NCBI RefSeq assembly: GCF_000281045.1
Contig: NW_008246147.1
Location: 69,972-123,436 of the forward strand
Reading direction: 5' to 3'
DNA: 53,465 nucleotides
Origin: Saprolegnia diclina VS20
Lineage: Eukaryota
Positions 1 through 10,955 of the stretch are shown here, piece by piece. Under the pieces are notes generated by a model. The model ran no database searches. It was not told the origin of the DNA and was given only the letters and a program-made list of their open reading frames with translations. Position 1 is the stretch's first letter. Each line of letters opens with the position of its first letter. The position numbers were made by a program, and so were the translations under genes.

Positions 1-1443
1 CTCGAGGCCACCGAGTTTGCGCTCAACGAAGCCTTTGCGTCGCACCTCGAGAGCGCGATTCTCTCGCAGCTGCCCAACGGTCTCCGCCTCCACGTCTCGG
101 ATGTCTACCTCTCGGAGCTCTTCAAGGCCGTCGGCGACTCGATTCCCGCCGACGCCTTTGTGCAGCTCCTCGCGCCCTTCTTCACGTTGATGAGCACGGA
201 CGCCGACAAGGCCGTCGCCAAGCGCGTGCACGACCTCATCCTCACCCCGCTCGTGTCCGAGTATTTCTTCCTCGACACGCAGCACACCAAGCCGGCGCCA
301 ACCGACGCCGAGACGACCGACGACGAGGCCGAAGCGCCCAAGCAGTTTGCAGCCGCGGCGCTCGCCGAGGTGCAGCACCGCATCTTTGAGATTGCGGCGG
401 CCGAGTACGAGCTTGAGCTTCTGCGAAGAGAGATCGATCTGACGGATGACTAGGGAGACGCTCGACCGCAACCGCAACTTGCTCTACACTATTTATGCCA
501 CCATGTACGCCAAGACCAAGGTCGACTCGTCCAAGCCGGATGCGATCGCCAAGGCGCGTCAGGACATGGCCAAGAAGGCTGCCAAGAACACGGCGCCTGC
601 CAAGAAGGTGGCGGAGGCCAAAAAGGTCGCCGCCAAGAAGGCGGCCAAGGAAGAGCCCAAGAAGGTTGTCATGGACAAGAAGGCCGAGAAGGAGTCCCCG
701 AAGAAGGTTGTTGTCGAGGAAACCAAGGCGACCAAGAAGGCCGCCAAGGAGGAGCCCAAGAAGGTGACCAAGGAGGTCGAGAAGGTCGAGAAGACCAAGA
801 AGACCAAGGACGAAGTTGTCGAGACCAAGAAGGTCAAGGCCGTCGAAGCGGAAACGAAGAAGGCGAAGAAGGCGGCCAAGGAGGAGCCGGTGGTCGTCGA
901 GCCCAAGAAGGCGGCGAAGAAGGCGCCGGTGGTCGAAGAAAAGCCGGCCAAGAAGGCCAAGAAGGACGAGCCGGCCTCGAAGAAGAAGGAAAAGACCACG
1001 CCGTACCCGCGCTGTGCGTCGTGCGGCGGCTTTGGCAAGGGTCTCGTGCCGACGGGCAAGACGATGTGCGGCCACTGCGAGCGCTCGTCGAAAGCGACCA
1101 AGAAGGAGGCGAAGAGCCTGAAGCGCAAGGCGGCGCCGGTTGTCGAGGAGGCGGCCGAGGACTCGGAGGACACGAAGCGCGTGACATTTGGTAAGAGCAA
1201 GGCGCTGCCGTACGAGCTCTCGATGAAGCGTATGAAGAAGTCGGCGACGAAAGGTGGGTCCAACCAAACTCAACAACCAACAACCAACAAAAAGCTGAGT
1301 CGTCGCGAGTAGAAGTGGTCAAACCGGCGACGGGCAAGGGCGTGCTCAAGGTCAAGGAGATCAAGGCCAAGCACGACATGACGAGCGTCAAGCGCAACAC
1401 GACGCTCAACTCGAAGCGCATGCGGGCAGCCGACTTTTTCTAA
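1..1443 (+). CDS. RRP1: RRP1/Nop52-family ribosomal RNA processing protein, 5'-partial; exons <1-404, 454-1253, 1313-1443
   Basis: Nop52-like segment (LPNGLRLHVSDVYLSEL...LLAPFF). Two GT-AG introns (405-453, 1254-1312) join the frames cleanly. Lys/Ala/Glu-rich middle, RVxF motif KRVTF, KGVLK and a terminal RAADFF* resembling the RRP1B C-terminus. Confidence 0.8.
570..990 (+). repeat. Coding low-complexity imperfect repeats (KKAAKEEPKKV-like)
   Basis: Recurring aagaaggcggccaaggaggagcc-type units within the RRP1 exon. Confidence 0.6.
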
Positions 1444-1934
1444 TCACACTCTTATACACTATGTACACACTGCACTTGCCTGTCCATGCAACCACTCTCG
1501 AATCTTGCGCGCTGGCCTCTGCCGTCAAGTGCTGCCCGGGCCTCGCCGTCCGGGCTAGAGTACAGCTCCACGGCGCATCGCCTAGCCCACCGCCCATGTC
1601 CTCTAGCGTGGTATTTCAGCGTACGCTCCGCCATGGCAGCACCACGAAGACCGGGACGGCGTCGCTTCGGGGCTGTTCCGCCGCCGTTGCATAATATGTC
1701 CCGCCTTGCTATCGACACAAAAAACCCTCGCGTTTTATCCGGAAACGCCGGATACGAAGCGGCATCCGTTGACGATGTCGTTTTTCTGTCGCCGGTTTAA
1801 AACACCCAAGCAATTACATATAAAACGCAAGTGTAGATTGTATAAAACAGAACCGTAAGCAACGAAACAAACAGCGAAAAATACAGGTTGTGGTTGCCAG
1901 CCAGTCAGTTCGGAATCCCTCACCAAGTCTCAAT

Positions 1935-2323
1935 ATGGTACGTCGACCCGGACGATGGATCGCACGGCGAAGGTTGACGTCGGTATATGTGCGTAGTCGG
2001 CTACCTTGACCAAGTCCATGCGCACCGCTGCCCGCGCCGGCGCCCGCCAGATGTCGTCGCACGCGACGGAGGCCGAAGCCCTCCAGCAGATGACCTTGTG
2101 GACGAACGTCTCCAAGGCCATGATCGCGGGCATGGCCGGCTTGACGGTCGTCACGGCCATCAGCCACGCCGGCGGCCACGAGCACCACCACGAGGGCGAG
2201 CCCATCGTCTACGCGCACAACAAGCTCCGCACCAAGCCGTACCCGTGGAAGTACTCGGACTGCAACTTCTTTGACCTTGAGTGCAAGGCCAAGGCCAAGG
2301 CTGCGGAACAGGCGTTGAACTAG
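1935..2323 (+). CDS. COX6A: Cytochrome c oxidase subunit 6A; ATG-only first exon 1935-1937, intron 1938-1996
   Basis: Arg/Ala/Ser-rich presequence, single TM, His-rich stretch, then YAHNKLRTKPYPW matching the COX6A Y-x-H-x-x-x-R-T-K-P-F/Y-P-W motif. Confidence 0.85.
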
Positions 2324-2797
2324 ATCCTCACTTAACAACGCTGTGTGAATCCATCGTCGCACTTCGTATACACGCCTCCTCGACTCCTGACGCGTGGCAA
2401 CCTGGCGTCGTAAGACGTAGGAGTTCCAATGGTACGCAAGGTCTTGACCCTACGTACTCGGTGAACGAGGATCCCGGCAGCGACATGTGCTCTTTCAACC
2501 GCGGTCTGCAGCCCATGAAGAGGGCATGCCCAGACCCACGGTTTGTCAGCTTCGCATAACGTGCTCGCTGGACCGGTGGCCGAGCTATTGACGGCGAGCA
2601 TCGCTCGTTGGCGCTCGGTCCAGAGCGTGGCCGGCGGTTGGCAGGAAGTTGCTCATCATGGCGACCGAGCTCACTCGGCAGCTTCTCTCGACAGTCGAGA
2701 AACTGCGTCGTTCTTTATAGTCGTGGAAGTAGTAAGGTTTGAACCCGCAGCACGAACTCTGCAAGTAGAGAGCAAAACACAGCTTGTTGAGCGTCAC

Positions 2798-3271
2798 TTA
2801 GACTGCGAGCTTGGCGCGGACCTCGAGCGCGGCGATGCTGGCGGCTTCCCACGCTTCCCACTGCGCGACCAGGTCGTCGGCCTTGAACTTGTCGATCGCG
2901 AGCCAGAGATACCCGTACGCGACCAGCGCAAAGCTCGGGAGGATGACGAGCCACTGGACGACGCTCGACACCAACGTACTGCCGAGAGCGAGGGCAACAA
3001 AGCCCACGAGCGGGCCGAGGCTCTCGAGCAGCACGCGCAGAAAGGTATTGCTCTTGCGGAATAAGATCAGCAGCTCTTGGCGGTTGGCGATGCGGCCAAT
3101 CTTGTCGGATGACGCGTAGTCGTCGTCGGTCACGAACGAGAGGTCGATGCGTGGCGACGGGTAGAGCACGGTGCGGTCGACCCAGATCGCGAGGTACTGA
3201 ACGAGAATGATGAGGACGCAGAGCCCGCGGCTAAACGGCTCGGTGACCATTGCTGTGAGAGCTTCGTCCAT
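2798..3271 (-). CDS. Uncharacterised ~157 aa membrane protein (about 3 TM)
   Basis: Open frame with coding-like codon bias and three hydrophobic segments. Start uncertain. Confidence 0.6.
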   Translation of the reverse strand: MDEALTAMVTEPFSRGLCVLIILVQYLAIWVDRTVLYPSPRIDLSFVTDDDYASSDKIGRIANRQELLILFRKSNTFLRVLLESLGPLVGFVALALGSTLVSSVVQWLVILPSFALVAYGYLWLAIDKFKADDLVAQWEAWEAASIAALEVRAKLAV

Positions 3272-3602
3272 CGTCTCGAGCTTTCCTTTTCCCAACTAAT
3301 AATGTCTTGTGAGAGACGCCACCCATCAAAAGTTGAGTTGGTTGTTGACGAATTCACCCATTGCCGTTGGGTTGTTTTCGGTTCTTTGGCCACGACGTAC
3401 ATCGCGCTAGCCCACGCGTCTCAACAGCAGTACGGCTTGAAGGGACGCCTTAGCTCCTTTTGCATCGAGTAGATCTCGCCCACGGCGTCGACCACCTACT
3501 AGCACCGGCAGCTGCCAACCGCCAAATACCAAGAAACCCCAACCCTTTCCTTAGAGTGGGACGCTGATCGGGTCGCAACTTGAGATGCATTTCGCTATTA
3601 GC

Positions 3603-4058
3603 ATGTCCGAGAGCAGCATCCTCCCAGGCATCCTCCTGTACGCATCGGTACTCTGCATGTGCTGTCCGGTGGCGGTGTCGCTCATCGCGTGTGTGCCCAA
3701 CTGCTGTCTGCCGTGGCGTCTCGACGCGCCGGCTCCGATCATGCGGCCGACAGAGCCCAAGGACATGACGGACGAAGGTGAGTACAGCTACTACTTGCGT
3801 CAACACACGCGCGTGCAGAAGCGTGAGAACGCCATCTTCAACGAGATGACCAAGCACGTGTCGTCGATCGGGCTCGTCGCCTTTGTCCCAATCCTATTCA
3901 AGAGGCATTTCTTCGTCGTCCTGCTCACCGTTCTCTGCGTTGCCGTGCACGGTCGCCAGTACATCACCCTTGACGCCGCCCGTCGAACGCTTGCGCTCGA
4001 GCGACAGCTCTGGGCCGCTGCCAACGCCCGCGTCCGCGACTTTCTCGAGAATAACTAG
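3603..4058 (+). CDS. Uncharacterised ~151 aa membrane protein (about 3 TM, Cys-rich first segment)
   Basis: Open frame, GC3-rich, hydrophobic segments. Alternative start at 3585. Confidence 0.6.
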   Translation: MSESSILPGILLYASVLCMCCPVAVSLIACVPNCCLPWRLDAPAPIMRPTEPKDMTDEGEYSYYLRQHTRVQKRENAIFNEMTKHVSSIGLVAFVPILFKRHFFVVLLTVLCVAVHGRQYITLDAARRTLALERQLWAAANARVRDFLENN

Positions 4059-4422
4059 CTTTATGCACAAATATATAGTCGCTGGCTCAACCAACGGCGT
4101 GGCCTCGTGTCCCGACGCGTGGAATACGCAGCAACTTGTCCTGGGCCAGCACCCAACGACAAGACATGAGCGAGAATCATCAAGGCGATTACTCGTCTCT
4201 GCAAGCAAATAAGAGAGCGCAAAGCCAGCTCCGAAGCTCCTGCACTAGTATGTCCCAGGTGACAACCGCCCGGCACGACAATTGCTGTTGCGAGGTCCCC
4301 TTGTGCCCCGGAGCACAGGCAACAAGGCCATGATGTCCCAGACCATCACTATTTGACGTCCTACATGCATTCCGCCAGGGCGCGAGGTGAGCTGCAAACC
4401 CAAGTGCATTGATCAATACGAG

Positions 4423-4710
4423 ATGCGCTACGTGGCCACGTACCTCCTTCTCTCGCTGCAGACAAGCGACGTGACGCGCGCGGCCATGGAGCGCGTCTTG
4501 GCCGCTGCCAACGTCGACATCGATTCCGATCGCCTCGACCTCTTTTGGGCAGCCATCCAGGACAAGGACATCGACGAAGTCCTTGCGCACGGCTGGCAAT
4601 ACCGCTTAGTACCACCGACCAAGACACGACAAACGCGCTACGTCTGCGACTGTTGCTACGGCTTGACCACCCACATTGCGCGATTGCATGGCGACGCTAG
4701 CGACTACTAG
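4423..4710 (+). CDS. Divergent 60S acidic ribosomal protein P2-like protein lacking the acidic C-terminal tail
   Basis: MRYVATYLLLSL...ERVLAAANVDIDSDRLDLFWAAIQDKDIDEVLAHG follows the P2 N-terminal domain pattern (MRYVAAYLL...ILxSVGxEADxxRL...LxGKxIxEVIAxG). Confidence 0.7.
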   Translation: MRYVATYLLLSLQTSDVTRAAMERVLAAANVDIDSDRLDLFWAAIQDKDIDEVLAHGWQYRLVPPTKTRQTRYVCDCCYGLTTHIARLHGDASDY

Positions 4711-4848
4711 ACAGTACATCATAATGGAATAGCATAGCTCTATGTCTCGAACGAGCGGACCCTAACCCTCGAGTCGTAAGAGCACTCGACCAATCAAGCG
4801 ACTTTTGTCCCATGCGCGAAAAACCAAACGAGATGCATTCAACGCAGC

Positions 4849-7800
4849 TTAATGCAGGTCGGTAAACACGTCGGCGCCTCCACTCCGCGCAAACTCCTTG
4901 TCTTCGGGCGTCTCGTCGTCGTCGTTGCCCGTGATGGGCGAGACGGGCACGCTCGAGTCGGAGCTGCTCTTGCCGCTCGGCGCCTTGTTGGTGCGAATGA
5001 AGAGCGCCGTCTCCTTGGGCTTGACGTACCCGCCGCGGTAGTAGCTCGACCCGGACGACGGCAGCGACGGGCCGTAGACGTGCATGGCCGCCGCCGACGG
5101 CGTGCCACCAATGCCCAGCATCTCATTGTCGGTCGCTTGGTCGATGAGCACTTGGAGGGCGATCGACTCTTCTTTCGAAAGCACTTTGAGCGGCACGCGC
5201 GCGTCCGCCACCACGAGCCGGTCGCCGTACGTGGCGAGCGACGGCACGTTGTGAAAGCGGAGGCCTTCGTCGCGGCGGATCCACGGGGTCTCTTGAATGT
5301 CGTTGACGTCAACGTCGGACGTTTGCAGCGGCTTGGCGATTTGGATGGCATCGCCAGGGATCCCAAACACTTTCTCGAGCTCCATGAGCAGTGCGTCCAT
5401 CCAGTGGATGCCGGGCGTCTCGGGCGAAAATGAAATCTCGACGCGGCGCCCAAACCGGAGCGTCGACCGGTCAAAGAGCACGACCGAGAAGAGCGTGTGC
5501 GTCGACGGCAGCGTGTCGACCGCATCCAGAATCTGCACCGCAAACTCGCGGTTCTCATACAACGTGAGCGCCGAGGCTTCACCGAGCGTCAAGCCGTCCG
5601 ACAGGACGCGCGAGAGGCGGCGGCTTGAGAGAAGGTCCCGCAGTCGGAGGTACTTGGCGGCAGGGTACGTGGCTTGCAGCGCCGTCAAGATCCGCGCCTT
5701 CATGTCGGCGACCGGCGTTGCGCTCGAGACGATGAGCTTGGTGCAGAGCGAGAGCTCGTTCGTGTGCATCCACGGCGGCAGCACGACGCTCGCTTCGTCC
5801 TCGTCGGTCGCCTTGGGCGTAAACAGATGGACTTGCACCGAGAACTCGCCAACGCGCAGCGGCGTCCCGAGCACGACGTACACGTTGCTGTTGTCCATGA
5901 GCGTGAGGTTCTTGAACGACGTATCCATGGCCTTGAGCTCCTGGCCCTTCTCTGCGTTGCGACAGAGCTTGAAGGCGTCGTGCTCCAAGTGGAAGAAGGC
6001 GCAGAGCTTGTCCTTGAGCACCTGGAGGTTCTCGCGGCGGTCGACCTGGAACGGCCAGCTCATGCCACCTTCCTTGGCATCGACGCCCTTGGCCGCCAGC
6101 AACGTCTTCTCCTTTGTCTTGACCTGGAGCGTGATCAGGTGCGCGCGGGCCTCAAAGTGGTCCTTGGCCAGCGACCAGTGCATGAGGTTGTCGCACTCTT
6201 CCACGTAGAGCTCAATGCCCTGGCGCAGCTTGAGATCCATGCGCAGCGTCTGCTGCAGCGTCGCCTCGTCGTTATTCGGGTTGAGGATCGTCGTCACGAT
6301 CGACCAGTAGCTCGACGAGCTCATCTGCAGGACGCGCAAACGGTCTCTCTCGATGCCAAACTTGGTGCTGAGCAGCGCAATCAAGTCGCCGAGCGTCGCT
6401 TCTTCCGGGACCTGTACGCTTACGGGCGGCTCGGTAAAGTGCTCGGGCGTCGTCGCTGTCGACGGCACGTAGCGCCGCAGTAACAGCTGGAGGGCGGTCG
6501 GGTCGTACGCCTCCCACGCCTCGTCGACGCTCGCGCGGACTTCGAGGTACAAGGCGCAGTGCGCGTAGATTTGCAGCTGGGCGAGCGAGCACATCTCGCG
6601 GCCGTCGTACGTCTCGAGCGGCAAGCTCGTGTACTCCGAGTAGTTGCGCAGTCGGGCGCGGTCGCTCGGAAGGTCGAGTCCGAAGAGCGTCTGGGCCTGC
6701 GCCACGACGTCGCTCAGCGGCAGCAGCTTGGAGACATGCAGCGTCTTGTGGCTGCCGTCGTAGAAGAGCTTGAGCGGAATGAGGCGCGCACGCTCCTCTC
6801 TCTCCTTCTCTTTCTCGAGCCGCCGCACTTCGTCGGCCTGGATGAGCTCTTGGAGAAACGACGGCAGCGCGTCGTCGGGCAGGAAATGGCCGTTCCGCCG
6901 GGCGTCGACCTGGCGGTACATGAGCATGTAGGCGCACGTCGAGTGCGACGACCGGTAGTAGTAGTTGCCACTCGATGCGACCGGCGACGCTGCCGGGCCC
7001 CACGCCGTGCGCACCTCGGCTTCCGTGATCTTGGAGACGTTCGAGTCGTTGAAGTTGTACCACGAGTCGTCCTCAAACGACTTGATGTACGCGTAGTAGT
7101 GCCCGCCCATGGCGCTGCCCGAGTGAATCAGCACTGAGAAGAGCTCGTAGACGAACGGCCCGTCCTCCGCCAGCGCATCGACGTCAAAGTCCGGGTGCCA
7201 CGTGTCTCGGACAGCGTCCTCGTCGTCGTCCGTGTCGTCGAGCGAGACGCGGCGCGGCGCTGGCGGCGGCGTCTCCTCCGAGAGCTCGAGGCGCTCGAGC
7301 GACATCTTGCGGGCGATCGCACCCGACGTCGGGTCGTACGTGTTCATGTTGAGGTACTTTGGAAAGGTCACTTGGTTGTTGAGCTTGATGCGGTTGAACG
7401 TGACGTAGTCAAAGTCGAAGCGCTTGAGCTGGAGCGAGAGAAGGTACGGGAGCTTGGCAAACTTGAGGCCCTTGATCGCGTCTTGCTTGCTGGCGCACTT
7501 GTCGCAGTCCCACTGATTGTCGCCCGAGAGCATCTCGGGCTTGAGGAAGAACTCGATCGCTTCTTCGACGCTGCGCATCATCTGCGTCGAGCCAAACGGC
7601 CGGATGACGAGCGAGAGGTCGAGAAAGTTGTCGAGGCGACTGCTCTCGTTGCCGCACTTGGCGCACTGCACATAGTCCTTGAGCGTGCCTAGGACGATGC
7701 GCCATGAGGCCAATATGCAGATATGGCGAGCAAGTATTGCCTTGGTAGAGCTCGTTGACCATTTGCTCGTCGGGCGTGCCCTTGAACGACTCTTCCAGCG

Positions 7801-8257
7801 CGTCAAAGAGCACGCGGCAGAGCTCCTGCACGTCGTGCTGCTGGAAGACGTCCGACGAGTTCCAGCCGAAGCTCTTGGTGAGCGCCTTGGTGTCGATGGC
7901 CTTGCGCTCCTTGCTCATCTGGAGATTCGCAAACAGCTTTTGGAGCTGGAACGGAATGTTGACGTCGAGGTCCGTCGTCGCCGTGAGCTTGGACTGGTAC
8001 AGCCGGTTGCGGAACTCAGGCGTCATGTACAGCGTCTGGAGCAGGCTGTTCATGTAGCAGGTCGCGCCTTGGTTGCTCAGGCCGCGGTAGCGCTGCGGCG
8101 CCGGCGGCGCGTACGCGTAGGAGGTCGTCGTCGTCGTCGTCGTCGTCGGGTACGGCGCCGGGTGCAGCACGATGGCGGTCGAGCTCGGGCGGACATCGTC
8201 TTCGTCGTCGAGGCCCTCGCGCACGGGCGACGTGCTCACGTCGCGGAAGCGGTCCAT
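4849..8257 (-). CDS. USP47: Ubiquitin-specific protease (peptidase C19), USP47-like; exons 8257-7741 and 7688-4849
   Basis: Cys box [23 protein letters not shown], His box [29 protein letters not shown]. Spliced [13 protein letters not shown] matches the USP47-type sequence. Confidence 0.85.
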
Positions 8258-9116
8258 GGTCGTCGGCTGGGAATCGGCTAATGGCGAGTGATGGTGCCCC
8301 GGGGCGTCCCCGGCCAATTGTATTGTCGCATAATGCATACAAACACCTATATATTTTAATTCGACGACGATTTGCATGCCTGTGTGGATCTTTGGGAAGT
8401 GGCAGCGGAGCGCCAGCCCATGGCAGTGATGGCCCAGGCGCCAATGACGGCCTTGGCCGCAAGACCATGCCCGACCGATGGTACGAAGGGCTTCCTACCA
8501 TCAAGACGAGGTACTGGTGAAGGCGAGAAGGTGCGATGGGGCAAGACGGCCGACTGCTGTCGGATTGTCGAAGGACCATCGCCCAACAAGAAGTACGATC
8601 CATGACCCTCGGTGATGGTCGTGCAGGTTAACCAGCGCAATGACCACCGGCTAGCACGAGACACAGAGGTGGGCAACGACGACGAGCTCACTCTGCGCAC
8701 TGGCAGGTTGTTACCTTTGCTGATGGCGCTCAATCTAGTGGCCTCGTGCAACCTCGCAACCGTGTACGTGATAGACTAATACAAGCTTCGCTTGAGCACA
8801 CAAGGCACTACATGTATGCTACGAATCCTAGCTACGTTGGTTCAGTGAATGCACGGGCGTCGTGCGACCAAGTCTTGGCGAAGCAAGTCGGCTTGGCGCC
8901 AAACAGTCGGAAGCGCCATCTTCTCACACAAGAGACCGAACGAAGTGAATTATAGGAGCAAAGGTCGAGCATTGCCACATTCAGCTTCTTCCGTCGGCTG
9001 GCCACGGGCGCGGAGGATGCGGCGACGTCGTGGGCCCTATACGACCTGGCGACCGTCGCTCGTTTGCGCGTGGCCACGCAACTCACCAAGGTCAGAACAA
9101 CATTGTGGTGTCCTCA

Positions 9117-9596
9117 CTAGCAGAACGTGGAGCACGAGCACGTAGCGGCGGTGGCGCAGAAAGAGCTTGAGGCTTGCAGATGCGTGGAATGAAGTACGCC
9201 ATGTCCAAGCCCTCGACGACGTACCCGGCGGCATCGAGCACCTAGTTTCTCGTGCAAAAATGTTTGCTTGCTGTAGACGAGAAGGCGGCCGACCGTCGGA
9301 TCCTCAGCGCTGGGCTCATGCACCCGCGGCGCCACGACGAAGTGCTCCAGCCACGCCTTGATGTCCGGCGTCGAGATGCCCGAGAAGACTACGAACGGGT
9401 CCCGCACCGCGTCGCCCTCGACGTCCACGGACGGTGCGTCGTCCAGAAGCGCTGCCTCGATCGTCGTGGTGTACACCTTGGCCGCCAAGACGTTGGCCGG
9501 TGCAATCGAGCGGTACACCGGCATGGCTGCCTCGTTGACGGCTTGTGCGTGTGCGCGGTCGGCTAGCTCTCTGGTTAGGTCGACGTCGCAGACCAT
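9117..9596 (-). pseudogene. Truncated, internally deleted paralog of the adjacent Uma2/CRN-type endonuclease-fold gene
   Basis: IEAALLDDAPSVDVEGD...VHEPSAEDPTVGRLLVYSKQTFLHE aligns with the 9823-10719 protein. It then loses frame and a RYVLVLHV remnant appears in another frame. Confidence 0.7.
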
Positions 9597-9822
9597 GGTC
9601 TCGGTGCTGCGGATGTGAGCTGTCCAATCACAGTCCCGTCTTGATACGAGCGCAGTGAGCCTAGCTTCATATTGTTGGTCAGGTGCACGACAGCATTGGG
9701 GAAACTCGAGTTTGAACGTCCATGATTCCGTGATTGGCGTATCTTTATCCGGATCCGGTTTGCTTAGAAAGTCCAACAACCGAAGCGCCCGTTGCTCGAC
9801 CCGAAAGTCTCCATTGTCGACG

Positions 9823-10719
9823 ATGCAGACCGACAAGCAAGTTGCTGCGGAACGCCGCGCGTTGGCCAACGCCGTGCGGCAGCGCTACCGGGCAATCGCG
9901 CCTCCCCAGGTCGTGGCTGCCGAAGATCGTCTCAAGGAGATTGAAGCTGCCATCATCAGCGACGCGCCGAGTCTCGACGTCGACGGCGACGTGTCGTGGG
10001 GTCTGACCGTCGTCCTCGAGCGCGTTTCGGTTGCCGACCTCAAGCGTTGGTTTCTTGAGGTGGGGGCCGCTCTGCGCCCGTGGGTGCATGAGCCCTGCGC
10101 CGACGACCCGAGTCTTGGCCGCCTCGTGGTCTACAGCCGGTATACCTTTTTACACGAGCACACGGCCCGATCGGTCATGAAGCTCCTCGAGACGCAGATC
10201 CACGCCGTCATGGGCTCCACGGCCGACTTGGACTTTCGCTTGCACTGTTTCGTCGACCCGTGCACAGTCGGTACCTGCTTGCAGCTCTCCACCGCCACCA
10301 TCCTGCCTCGCTCGCTTGCTGTCGGTGGCAGCGTCTTGGATGCTGGGGATGGCCAGCCCTTCCCGCCCTTTGTCTTTGAGGTTGCCGGCCAAAACGAGTG
10401 CCTCAGCGACATGCGCTCCAAGCTCACTCGGTGGATGGACGGCACGTCGGTGCAAGTGGCGCTCGGCATCAAGATTTTCCTCCGGGACGCCCGCTACGTG
10501 CTGATCCTTCACGTTCGCGGCCAGCCGACGCAGGAAGTACAGTTTGGCCGGAACAAGGGCCTGCACTACGGCGCCGTCGTGTCGTTTCCCGCTGGGCTTT
10601 TGTACCACGGGAGCGCGCTGCCCGATGCCTGGGTCGGCCGCGAACACAAGGAACTGCAGCTGGAGTTGCTCGTGCTGCGCGAAATCATCGCCTACAACCC
10701 CAACAACCCTCGCTACTAG
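9823..10719 (+). CDS. Uma2-like / Crinkler-associated restriction-endonuclease-fold (PD-(D/E)XK) protein
   Basis: Intronless ORF with TFLHE, FPPFVFEVAGQNECL and RWMDGTSVQVALGIKI motifs typical of CRN-type REase C-terminal domains. No LFLAK header visible. Confidence 0.6.
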   Translation: MQTDKQVAAERRALANAVRQRYRAIAPPQVVAAEDRLKEIEAAIISDAPSLDVDGDVSWGLTVVLERVSVADLKRWFLEVGAALRPWVHEPCADDPSLGRLVVYSRYTFLHEHTARSVMKLLETQIHAVMGSTADLDFRLHCFVDPCTVGTCLQLSTATILPRSLAVGGSVLDAGDGQPFPPFVFEVAGQNECLSDMRSKLTRWMDGTSVQVALGIKIFLRDARYVLILHVRGQPTQEVQFGRNKGLHYGAVVSFPAGLLYHGSALPDAWVGREHKELQLELLVLREIIAYNPNNPRY

Positions 10720-10955
10720 CTCAAGGAGGCTGGTTGTCATATCGTAGGAGCAACGCCATCAAGACCAGTAATGTCAGTGGGACCTGTTCTGGTTGATTTG
10801 GCGCCTGCGCTTTGACCGAGGGCTCACGAGTTGGTCGACGACGTTGGAGAGGTCTTCTGGGTGGCGTCAAGCAGGAGCATCGAGACATTGGCGCTTACAT
10901 GCCACATGTGGGATGGCTGGCTGAAGTGGTATTGATATTACATAGTAAACTAAAA

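Noticed and set aside
8124..8147. (GTC)8 microsatellite
   Set aside because: Encodes poly-Thr in the disordered USP N-terminus; ordinary.
8416..9110. Exon-like patches on the plus strand ([35 protein letters not shown])
   Set aside because: Could not assemble a consistent spliced frame or recognise a family; may be a degraded gene.
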